20,000 bases of DNA from Asterionella formosa. Lineage: Eukaryota. Below, in pieces: positions 10,345 to 20,000 of this stretch. Each line of letters begins with the position of its first letter. The stretch's first letter is position 1. Location of the stretch: NCBI GenBank assembly GCA_002256025.1, contig NKIB01012477.1, positions 57,910 through 77,909 on the forward strand. Direction: 5' to 3'. Under the pieces are notes generated by a model that saw only the letters and a program-made list of their open reading frames with translations, made no database searches and was not told the origin of the DNA. The translations under genes and the position numbers were made by a program.

Positions 10345-11121
10345 CTAGTATGATTGTCTGACTTCCTCTTCAATCCACTCAATCCTCAAGCCACTCAACA
10401 TGAAATGACGTTGCAATCTCTGTACAATCTCCAGGCGCACACTTTTCAAACTTGCACTTGCTCCTCCCATTTTCAAATTAACAGTTGGGGCCACGCTTCC
10501 CTCTCCTGTAATGCTGTGAATATCGATAGACCCACCCGCAACTTGCAAAAAGGGCCGGACACCGTCCAAGACGACATTTATCTGGTCTTCATTAAGATCT
10601 GGCCCCTCCGGCATTTTCTGCACCACCTCTGATATTTCAGGGATGCGTTCCTTGAGGCCACGTTCCAAGCCCATTTTCATGGTTTGCGTGCTAGACGGGC
10701 ATGTTCCACAGGCACCCTAATAGATAAAAATTCGATACAATATACGGTTTTTCAGATATGAGTCACATGCACACACGGATACGCAACGAGCCTTCACAGA
10801 ACAACGGACCTGGAGTTCCAGTCTCACAACGGGCCCATCAATTTCAGTAATTTTTACATTACCACCGTCCTGAATCAAAAAGTGCCGCATGCCATCCAAT
10901 ACAAGTTCTACATTTTCCCACGTGAGCGGAAGAGGACCTTGGTCGACATCCTGTACTTTCGGAGGAAGGTCCACGTCTGAATCGACGTCAAACGGCGAAA
11001 TGATGGTGGTGTCTTCTGCGAATAGTACAGTTCGAATTCCTAAGCGAGGACTGGACGGGCGGAACGCATCTGCGCTGCTGAGCGAAAGGGCAGCGGCGGC
11101 GAGAGAACAGATATGGATCAT
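10345..11121 (-). CDS. NFU: Plastid NifU-like Fe-S cluster carrier (NFU); exons 11121-10810 and 10716-10345 (227 aa)
   Basis: Signal peptide [19 protein letters not shown] followed by F-RPSS (ASAFAP-type plastid motif). The 93-bp GT-AG intron 10809-10717 joins VVRLELQ to [16 protein letters not shown] (CxxC). The second NifU domain ([16 protein letters not shown]) lacks CxxC, as in plastid-type NFUs. Confidence 0.93.
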
Positions 11122-11251
11122 TGGCTCGAGGGTCGTAATAATGTAATAATTGGCGGGTGGAGAATCTAAGCTGCACAGCGGAAGGAAGGAAAACGATTGT
11201 CGAATTGAATGAAGGCGATCCTCAGGACCACGTGGTATGCCTTGTTGTATG

Positions 11252-11566
11252 GACCAGGTACCGGGGCACCTGGACCCTGGTACCAGGGTACGGAGTACGG
11301 GAAGTAACTTTCTCATTATTCTTTGCTGGTAATAATCATCTATAATTCCTGACGTATTTGTCACCCTTCATGTACCAACAGCATGTCCCGGTATACCGAT
11401 AGTTAATTAAGAACGGTACGTGGTACTCTATCTGGGACCAGTACCTCGTATTTCTCCATTTGCGACCACCCACTGGCCCAGCAACGTGTGCAGCAGTTTG
11501 CTATACCTGGCGGTGGTAACTGGTACATCATTGAATCGATGACTACCAGGTACCAGGGTACCAGTA
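11252..11566. repeat. Second cluster of TA-flanked CCAG/CCWGG units, upstream of NFU
   Basis: CCAGGTACCGGGG near 11253, CCCTGGTACCAGGGTA 11275-11290, and TACCAGGTACCAGGGTACCAGTA 11544-11566. Confidence 0.75.
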
Positions 11567-12021
11567 ATAAAAATGCATGGATGACAAATATATAGCTACT
11601 GCCACTGCCTCTCATGAAAAGCATGCTCCGATAATTCTCTGGCTAATACTAGTCCCTCCTGTGAATTTTTTCTGAAAAAAATTGTGTATATAACGAGCAT
11701 TGCCACTGCATCGACAAATTACCATGCCAATTGAAGTTGCGGATCATTACACATCATGATGCCTGATGTTAGTCGAAAAAGCAAAAAAAATTTAGCTACT
11801 GGATTGACCAAAACCAAATATGATTTGGTCTTGGCCAAGAATGAACCCCTTATCAACCAAATATCAGGTATTTGGTCAATTAGATTCTGACTGTAGCATT
11901 GTAACATAAATTGTTGTAGGCATAACACCAAAATATGTGTTTGTGTTGAACAAAATCTTCTGCAGTAAGAAATAACAATGTAATATTTAAAATATGTATT
12001 TTAATGTATTACTACATATAA

Positions 12022-12470
12022 TTTCCCGGAGAAAAGCCCAGCAGTCCAACACACAAGATGTGCAACCTATGGGCGAAAACGGCGATCTCACAGTGCTGTA
12101 GAGTCACGGAAGGAAAATGGCATGTAAGAAACCAGGCGCTATACAAAGAGCAGAATAATCTAAAATCACAATCCAAATACAACGAAAAAATTAAAGACAT
12201 ATTATCAACTCAATGGGGAAATCTCACGAAGAGATGAGCATCATTTTGGCACCACTCAGGAGGATTTTTAAAAATAACGAGTGGGAGGAAAGAGCCGAAT
12301 ACTTATTTGCGGCTTCAAAATAAGGGGCGGAAAAAGATCAAAAATCAATACGCTTCTACTATCACTCATCAATAACGAAACCAATCGAGAAACAGCAACA
12401 AGGAGTGGGGACACACAGAAATTCTTTCATTCAATCAACACTCGCTACCCAATTCTCCGGCTTACATAAA
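12022..12470 (+). mobile_element. Probable degenerate 3' fragment of a non-LTR (LINE) retrotransposon ORF2
   Basis: Frame 12022-12237 reads ...LWAKTAISQCCRVTEGKWHVRNQALYKE..., resembling the W-x-x-RN motif at the C-terminus of L1/Tx1-type ORF2 proteins. It is then broken by stops and frameshifts. Recognised from the motif only. Confidence 0.4.
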
Positions 12471-14569
12471 CAAAGTGCAGTCAAAGGGAACCGATTCAAG
12501 ATCAACACTACCACAATTTTTTAAAACCTCTACTTCTGCATGAGGAAGTGACTACCCACTTTTGGTGTGATTTTGATAATTGCATGAGACTTCTTTGATA
12601 GAAATGCAGAGCCTGCAACAACTTTCTTACCCATTGCACTGTAAACAGCGGTTTCAATTTGGTCATGTATAAATGACCAAATAACGAAAATATAAATCTA
12701 GGTTCTCGAACCACCTGCAAGACAAGTTTTATTAATGGACCTGGCTACAAGTACCGATGGCAAACCTTCTTACAATACTCTAGCACAAGGGAGTGACCAC
12801 CACCCTTAATCTCTCGCTCTACCGCCCCCCACCACATTTTCTGATCCATGGAGCGCAATGAATATAATCCGGTAGCTAAGCTAGCCCAGTACTAATACGC
12901 TATAAATATTATTGATATAATATACTGTAGTGAACAAGAGAAAACAAAACAAACGCATAGATATGAAAATTCAACTGCTAAAAATTATAGTAAAATACTT
13001 ATGTCAGATAAGTGATCTAAAATAATTCTAGTATCTGAGCGCAATGACGATATTATATATCAAACCAAAGAACATTTGTGATTGATAATTTTGGCACAAA
13101 TTCATTTCGTTTCGAAGCGCGCCCAATACAGTTTCTAAGTATTCTAGGAATAGGTGGACCTCCTGACCTCAATTTTTTCACGTTTTTTGCATAATCATGC
13201 CCCTTGAAAATGTTTGCTCCCCCTCTCATTGAAAAGAGAAAATAGATTTGACAACAGAAAAGCGACAATACATCGTATATTGCGTGTTTCACCACCTCAA
13301 AAGGGAGGCTGATGAGACTGTCGACAAGTGTTGCAACTATACTGAAACAGAAGGGGGACATATCATGGAGCCTTTTCTTTTACCGGGTATAAGTACAAGG
13401 GTAGAGTCTACACATACAAATATAAGCAACCACATCGGTGTATGCATGTACTGGCGACTTCACACCATCTTTCACAATGAAAAGGTCTTGCTCATTGGTG
13501 TGTCTACAAGCAAACTGGATTCAATCCAATGCCTTACATCAAGTTTTGACCTGCTTTTTATGAGGAGGATGCTACTTCTATAAAATTACTGAACAAATTC
13601 CAAGACCTTGAGAAATGGGAAGAGACTTTGCTCACGCCCATCCCTAATGTTTTCATTCAAAGTCTTGGCATGTTTTTGTTTGTTTCCTTGCATCCTTGCT
13701 ATCATGCCAGCCATTACCAGAACTTCATAGCTAACTGACCTTCAATGACAATACCCTTCTAATCATTTAACAATGGCGTTATTTGATGAAATAGCTACCA
13801 CCAAGAATGAAGATAAACACTTAAGATATATTAAGGATGTCAATCCATTGTTTCTCGTTCACCTATTGAAACCTCTGGGCCTGAGCGAGCATGATATCAA
13901 AATCAGTTCATACACACTTTAAAAGCTTACCAGAAAAATCATTGAGGTTAAATAAGATCTGAAATTAGTCGATACTATTCCCAATTTAAAGAACAAAGAT
14001 TAAATTTCAGGGAAATCCAAGAGTGTGGTGAATATGGTAATTCATAGGTACTCCCAGCCATGCAGCCTCCTGTCAGTACTGAAATTCTACAATATTGGAA
14101 TTTGTAATGGGCCATAAACGCTCCTATAATTTGAAAAATATACATGGCAATATATAATGTAGACTCATAATTGGCGGATGAGAAAGCAAAAATCGACCTA
14201 TAGGAAGTAGGGGGGGGGGGTAAATGTATAAGTCTGTGGTTGTCTTCTTAGTAAGGTTGCATCAATGCACTTCCACAGTTCGAGGTCTACGTTTTACTAA
14301 AATATTTATATGATGGCTGTTCTTGAGTCTTCTGTTCAACTGGCTACCAACAAGGAAAAGGAGGAGAATTTTTGACCTGCGATCAGGCCATGGAGTTCAT
14401 GATGGTATGTTCTCTAATTACAAAAGTTGCCTCCCTGAAATAGTTGCAGTTGTGCTAATATATGAATGGAAACAATTATTTTTGGTTTTGTTTGTCTGTA
14501 CATTACAACAGGACCTTTCTTTTTGTCAGCCACTAACCCTGGCACCCTAGGGACTCATGAAAAAGACAA

Positions 14570-14638
14570 GTGAACAATGTGGGAATCGAACCAACAAGAT
14601 CACTCAGTGCTATACTAACCACTAAGCCATTCCCCCCC
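14570..14638 (-). pseudogene. Degenerate tRNA-like sequence (tRNA pseudogene or SINE head)
   Basis: The - strand has Pol III A box TGGCTTAGTGG (14629-14619) and B box GGTTCGATTCC (14592-14582), plus a T-arm GTTGG-TTCGATT-CCCAC. The anticodon arm is shortened and the acceptor stem is poor. Confidence 0.6.
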
Positions 14639-15627
14639 AATGACTACATTTTTCTGGTGTATTTGCTGGCAAAGAAAGAACAACACACATTGTAACTGAT
14701 GAATTATGACTGTCATGTTATCATGTTTGTTACTGGTATATATTTTTTATCTTTTTGTACAAACTGAACACATTCTTGTGCAGCTACCCACCATTGTAGT
14801 GATCTCACAACATTTGGTTGAGGGTCTTTTATCCTGACCATTTGCCTCCTAGTTTCTATCAAGAGCTAAATGTGTAGTGTACCCAGCTTGAACTTTGGCT
14901 AACATTGTATCCCATACAGTACTTTTTCAAAGTAAATATGGCTGCAACATTGCTTATAAAGCATATGTACAAAGATAAGAAACTCTAAACTTTGAAAAAT
15001 TGTCAGCGTAGTCATCGAGAATCAAAGTGTCAATGACAAGCAGAAGATTAGCAGTTGATGCCTGAATAATGGCCAACAATTGCTGATTGTTCTTAATTAA
15101 ATAAAAAAGGAAAGGAAATTGATCACCCCAAAAGTGTAGGCAATAAATAGCATGTGCTTGCCACCTTCTCATTATACCTAATAAAATTCCATTGTGTAGG
15201 CTTGTGATGGACCTTCAAGTAGTTACCATTACCTCCACTATTTCAAATCAGCACAGATTGAATAGATTCACTGCTGTTTGAAATTGGTGTCCCATATATT
15301 ATTAATCCTGATGGAACCACCTGATGGTAGACTTTATCAGTTTGCATGCAGTAGACAAATCCCTCACCAGTGAGTGTCCCCTTTCTCTCCTTCAGGACAT
15401 TGCCCTATTCCCCAGATAAAATCAAAACCAGCAGTCTAATAAATTGATTGAGAAAAATATTCCTGCTTTGTAGTTGCCAGCTGAAATGGTGAAATGAAAT
15501 TTCTCAGCAGCCTTGGTTATACATAAAGTCACCATATGGTTAGCTACCAATTGAATTCTTCAGGTAGCAAAATGATACATAGAAGACCTGTAGATACTCC
15601 AAAATCGTTACATCATTGTAGTTTGCA

Positions 15628-16599
15628 TTACTCATAGGTCATGAAAAGCAAATATCTAAAAACCTCATTTTCGGCGTAATCCAATGGATACTTTCCATAG
15701 CGATCTCTGAATGTCGCCACATCAGGATATTGCTCTACCAAGAACTTAATCACCTCAAGCCTTGATTTGGCACGACATGCCCAACGGAAAGGAAGACGTT
15801 CTTGAATATCCATGACCATAATGGATTCAGGATACTGCTCCACCAAGTATTGAATCACATCCAGTGAAGTATTGCCTTGACATGCATAATGTAAAGGAAG
15901 GCGTCCTTGAATATCCATGACCTTGATGGATTCAAGATAATGCTCTGCCAAGAACTGAACAACAGCTAGTGCAGCATTATACTGACATGCACAATACAAA
16001 GGAAGATTCTGACAAAGATCCCTGACCTTGATGGATTCAGGATATTGTGCCACCAAGATTTGAATCACATCCAGTTGTGCATTCCTGTTTGCACATGCAA
16101 CATGCAACATGCAAAGGAAGACATTCTTCTTCACCCCTAATCTTGATGGATTCAGGATAGTGCTCTACCAAGAACTGAATTACATCCAGTGGAGCATTGT
16201 ACTGACATGCACTACAGAAGGGGCGACGTTTTTGAATATCCATGACCTCGATGGATTCAGGATATTGCGCCACCAAGAACTGAATCACATCCAGTTGTGC
16301 ATTCTTGTCCTGACATGCATAATGCAATGGGAGACATTTTTGATTATCCCTGACCTTGATGGATTCAGGATATTGCTCCACCAAGAATTGAACCACATCC
16401 AGTTGTGGATTCTTGCTCCCACATTACAAATGCAAAGGAAGATGTCCAAATGTAGAATCCGTTAGAATCCGTGACCTTGACCAAGTCGGGGTTTCCCGCT
16501 ATGATTCGACAAATTTTTGCGTACGGGGCCATTCCTTCTTCAAGTTGTGAATATTGTATTGCACGACGCAATTCATCGTTGTCAATTCGAGACACATTA
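15628..16599 (-). pseudogene. Ankyrin-repeat protein pseudogene (about 7-8 repeats of 35-36 aa), 5' end interrupted by the copia LTR
   Basis: Repeated LPLHYAC...LDVIQFLVEQYPESIKVRD units spaced 105-108 bp. Lesions: 10-bp tandem duplication (16453-16472), in-frame TAA (16426-16424) and an extra 7-bp ACATGCA unit (16093-16113). The coding frame runs directly into the LTR at 16600. Confidence 0.9.
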
Positions 16600-16809
16600 T
16601 GTTGGAGGTTGTAAAGACTCTGGGTGACGTTGAGAGTCTGATGAGTCAAGTCGTGAAATGTTTCATGGGACTGACAGTGGGATCAAAATTAGTTGGAGTA
16701 GAAGTCTTGAATTGTATTTTGCAAGATTGATAGTTTAGATATAATTACAATTAGTTCACAATCTGAGAAACCTTGACTTGAGTAAGGTAGTCTTTGGAGC
16801 CCTTCAACA
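16600..16809 (+). repeat. 5' LTR (210 bp) of a Ty1/copia retrotransposon
   Basis: Bounded by TGTTGGAGG...CCTTCAACA (8/9 inverted match, TG...CA). It is followed by a PBS-like sequence and the gag ATG at 16886. The second LTR lies outside the window. Confidence 0.75.
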
Positions 16810-16825
16810 TACTTCGAAGTATAAA

Positions 16826-16839
16826 GGTTAGGAACCAGA
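16826..16839 (+). other. Putative primer-binding site complementary to the anticodon arm of a half tRNA-Arg(CCU)
   Basis: GGTTAGGAACCAGA is the reverse complement of TCTGG-TTCCTAA-CC. This is the same register as the copia/Ty5 half-tRNAiMet PBS GGTTATGGGCCCAG. Confidence 0.55.
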
Positions 16840-16885
16840 GGCTGATTGTCGGTGAAAGAAAGAAAACAAAAGTTTGTAAGTCACA

Positions 16886-19800
16886 ATGGATGGATCCAAG
16901 GATAGTGACAAGATGAGTGTGAGACTTCCAATGTTTGATGTAGACCACAAGAAATTTCAAATGTGGAATACTCGATTTAGAGCATTTGCCACTGTTAGCA
17001 GATTTGCTGAGGCATTAGCTCCACATGCTATGATGCCAGCAAGAGAAGATGAGTTGATTGATGAAACAACTGATGATGGCAGGTTGAAAGCATCGGCCAT
17101 CAGGAGAAATGGTGTAGCTATGGCTAATTTGTCAATGGCTTTCACATCGGAAGGAACAATGGGATTGGTGTACAAGGCGATGACTCCAGAGTGGCCAGGT
17201 GGGCTTGCTTATTTGGTAATGTAAGCTCTGAACAAGAAGTATCGACCTCAAGACACAATTACAAGAGTTGAGCTCAGGCAGGAGCTCAATAAAGTGGCCA
17301 TGATGAAAAACCAAGAACCTGCTACATTGTTTGAGCAAGTGAGTAGTATTGAGAATCAATACAATGCTTCAGGGGTCAAGATAGATGAAGGTGATTTGAT
17401 TGCTGTCATACTTGATGCAGCACCAGAAGAATACCATGCAGTACTTACATCGGAACAGAAACTTCGCGGTGATAAGCTAACTTTAAATGATTCAGAGACT
17501 GCGATGAATCAATTCTGGAGACAAGGGAAAACCCCAAAGACTAATGATGGCAATGATGCTGCTGAAATATCATTGAGTGCATTTGGAGGTGTTTGCTATA
17601 ATTGCAAGAAAAAGGGACATAAAGCCAATAAGTGTCCACCAGATAAAGAGCATAAAGATGGAAAAGGAACAAGACCTAAAGGAAATGGTGATAAAGTTCA
17701 ATGGAAAATGTAACAACTGTGGAAAAGGTGGGCACAAAGAAGCAAATTGTTGGGAGAAGGAAGAAAATAAACATAAAAGGCCAGAGGGTTTTAAGTCCAG
17801 AAGTGCAGAAACTGCAGCATCGGCAGTTGATAATGGATCAAGAGTTGAATTTCTATTGTGTGGAATGACATTTCCTACTGACCAAGCAATATTGATGGAT
17901 CCAAATGTGTGGATTGCAGATACTGCTGCAACAGTCCACAATACTCCACACATGGATGGTATGACCAATTTACGTGATGCAGAAAAGTCAGACGCTATCA
18001 CAATGGGCAATGGGATAAGTGAAAAAGCTGTTAAGATAGCAAAAGTTAATGGTGTCATATGTGACATGCATGGAGTTGAAATTGCCAAAGCAACCATTCA
18101 AGATGTGACTTTGTTGCCTACGGGCAAATACAATTTATTCAGTTTGACAAAAATGATGAAAAAGGGATGGAAATTAAGTGGTCATGATGATGCAATTGTG
18201 TTGACAATGAATGATAAAACAATAACATTTGACATCAAAATTCCAACTCCAAAGGGTCTGTTGTATGCCATGTACATGAAGAGGTTGGTGACAGAAGTTG
18301 CTGGTGCAGGTGCAGATTGTGGTGCCAAATTATCTATTAGAGAAATACACGATAAACTTGGACATGTAAATGAAGATATGGCAAGGAAGACAGCCAAAGC
18401 TATTGGCTGGAACTTGACTGTAGGTGGCATGAGACCATGTGAAGCATGCGCTGCAGGTAAGGCAAAGCAAAAGAATGTTCCCAAGGAAAGTGAACATGAA
18501 GAAGCAAAAGAAAACAATGAACGAATTTATTTGGACATTGCAACAGTGAAAAGACAGGACAATGACAATTATAAAGGCATGAAAGTAACTCGAGCAAATT
18601 GGAGAATTATGGTAGATGAAAGGACTCAAATGAAATTCACAGATTTTTTTGAGACAAAGAATGGAATGGTTGAACCAATGTGTGAGCAGCTGTTTAAATG
18701 GAAGGCAAGTGGAATACCAGTGAAGTTCATAAGGCTCGAAAATTCAGGAGAGAACCAACTGCTTAAGATTCGTGCAGAAAGCAGTGATTGGAAGTTAAAT
18801 GTGCAGTTTGGATTTACAGGAAGAGCCACTCCGCAACGTAACCATTTGGCTGAGTTGGATTTTGCAGTAATTGCAAACCGTGGTCGTGCTATGATGCACA
18901 GAGCAAATGTACCATTGGCTGATAGGTACAAACTGTTCAAAGAAGCATTTAAAACAGCAACATTGTTGGACGGTTTAGTTGTAATAACAAATGATGGAAA
19001 AGAAGCAACAAGATATGAACATTGGTGTGGCAAGAACCCAGATTTTACTGCACATTTGAGGGTGTGGGGAGAAGCTGGAACAGTCACTATTAAATCAAAT
19101 ATGAACAAAAAGGTGAAAGACAGAGGTGTACATTGTATGATGGTGGGATACGCTCTGAACCATGCTGGAGATGCATACAGAATGTGGGACAAAAATACAA
19201 ATCGAGTGCATGAAACACGAGATATCATTTGGTTGCGCCGAATGTATTTTGAGAAGCCAATCATCAATCAGGATCTGGCAATGGCACCTGTGATTGATGA
19301 TGATTATGAAGTTGAAAAAGAACCTACCATTAAAGTTGGGGAGGGATTAGATGAAAATGACGAGCAAGAAGACCAGCTAGCTACCACAAGATGATGATAA
19401 TGACACTGGTGGTGAAGTAGCTGAAAGTCCGAATACAGAAACACAAGTGGTGACAAGGACTGGAAGGCGCATTAAAAATCCATCAAGATTGATTGAAGAA
19501 ATGGGTGCTTTTGTAAGCGACTATCAGATTTGTTTGACTGATGCAGAAGTGAAATATTATGAAGCAATGAAAGAATTAGAAGAAGTTCAACATGAATTTG
19601 GATTTGTAGGTGCTGGACTTGGTGGTGGATTTGAAAACACAGCAGAACTACATGTGATGAAATATGATGCAGCAATGAAGACAAAGGATGCGGCTGCATG
19701 GAAAGTTGCTGTAGATGAAGAACATGATCGTATGATGAACAATAATGTTTGGAAACCTATTGACAGAGCAAAGATTCCAAGTAATTCAAAAGTACTGACT

Positions 19801-20000
19801 TCAACGTGGGCAATGAAGAAGAAAGCAAGCGGAAAATTTCGAGCTAGGCTGAATGCAAGAGGATTTGAACAAGTAGATGGTATTCATTGTGACAAGAATA
19901 CAAAATCAGCTCCAGTCACAAACGAAATTACAATTAGAATTGTATTCATTTTGATGGTAATGGGAAGGCTGTATGCTGAATTATTCAATGTTCAAGGTGC
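16886..20000 (+). pseudogene. Disrupted gag-pol polyprotein of the copia element
   Basis: In-frame TAA at 17222-17224, a +1 frameshift by ~17695 between the two zinc knuckles, and a 4-bp insertion at 19378-19383. The RT frame is then open from 19381 to 20000. Confidence 0.9.

Larger units (their letters stand above)
16600..20000 (+). mobile_element. Ty1/copia LTR retrotransposon (diatom CoDi-like), inactivated; continues beyond the window end
   Basis: Domain order gag - 2x CCHC (CYNCKKKGHKANKC, CNNCGKGGHKEANC) - protease (WIADTAAT) - HHCC (HDKLGH...CEAC) - integrase (YLDIA...RLENSGE...PQRNHLAE) - SH3-like (GVHCMMVGY) - RT (WKVAVDEE...NNVW...TWAMKKK...FRARLNARGFEQVDG...APVT). Integrase before RT defines copia. 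Confidence 0.96.

Noticed and set aside
11122..11364. N-terminal 81 aa of ORF 10717..11364
   Set aside because: It starts at a non-ATG codon and crosses the palindrome cluster. The signal peptide begins at ATG 11121.
2822..11566. CCGG/CCWGG/AGCT/GTAC cores as evidence of a restriction-modification system
   Set aside because: No methylase or nuclease gene is present. The consistent TA flanks and insertion polarity fit TA-targeting transposition better.
11650..11665. TAGTCCCTCCTGTG resembling a second Stowaway-like TIR
   Set aside because: It diverges from the CTCCCTCC terminus and no partner TIR was found in the window.
13053..14220. ORFs 13053..13361 and 13248..13583 and the poly-G at 14210-14220 as a gene or transposon end
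   Set aside because: No recognisable domain and no matching inverted terminus found. It may be a decayed repeat, but I cannot support that.
17640..17713. Programmed gag-pol frameshift or stop readthrough
   Set aside because: The shift falls between two zinc knuckles within gag, I see no clear slippery motif, and the element has other disabling lesions. Mutation is more parsimonious.

Overview
Eukaryotic nuclear DNA, most likely from a diatom or other photosynthetic stramenopile (short GT-AG introns, a bipartite ASAFAP-type plastid presequence, diatom-style copia and ankyrin families). The left half is gene-rich. It holds the 5' 685 codons of SIN3 (- strand, absent from the ORF track because it runs off the window), a 3-exon Nudix hydrolase, an F5/8C (CBM32-like) protein, DNAJC17/Cwc23 and a plastid NFU. 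Between these lie a ~228-bp tandem array and an 832-bp Stowaway-like Tc1/mariner element. The right half is decayed repeat-rich DNA: a probable LINE 3' remnant, a tRNA-like fragment, and an ankyrin-repeat pseudogene whose 5' end is interrupted by an inactivated Ty1/copia element. Two signals stand out. (1) Short TA-core-TA insertions (TAGCTA, TACCGGTA, TACCWGGTA) are pervasive, three cases can be polarised as insertions, and they resemble stacked Tc1/mariner excision footprints. (2) The copia primer-binding site looks complementary to a half tRNA-Arg(CCU) and is separated from the LTR by a 14-bp palindrome.
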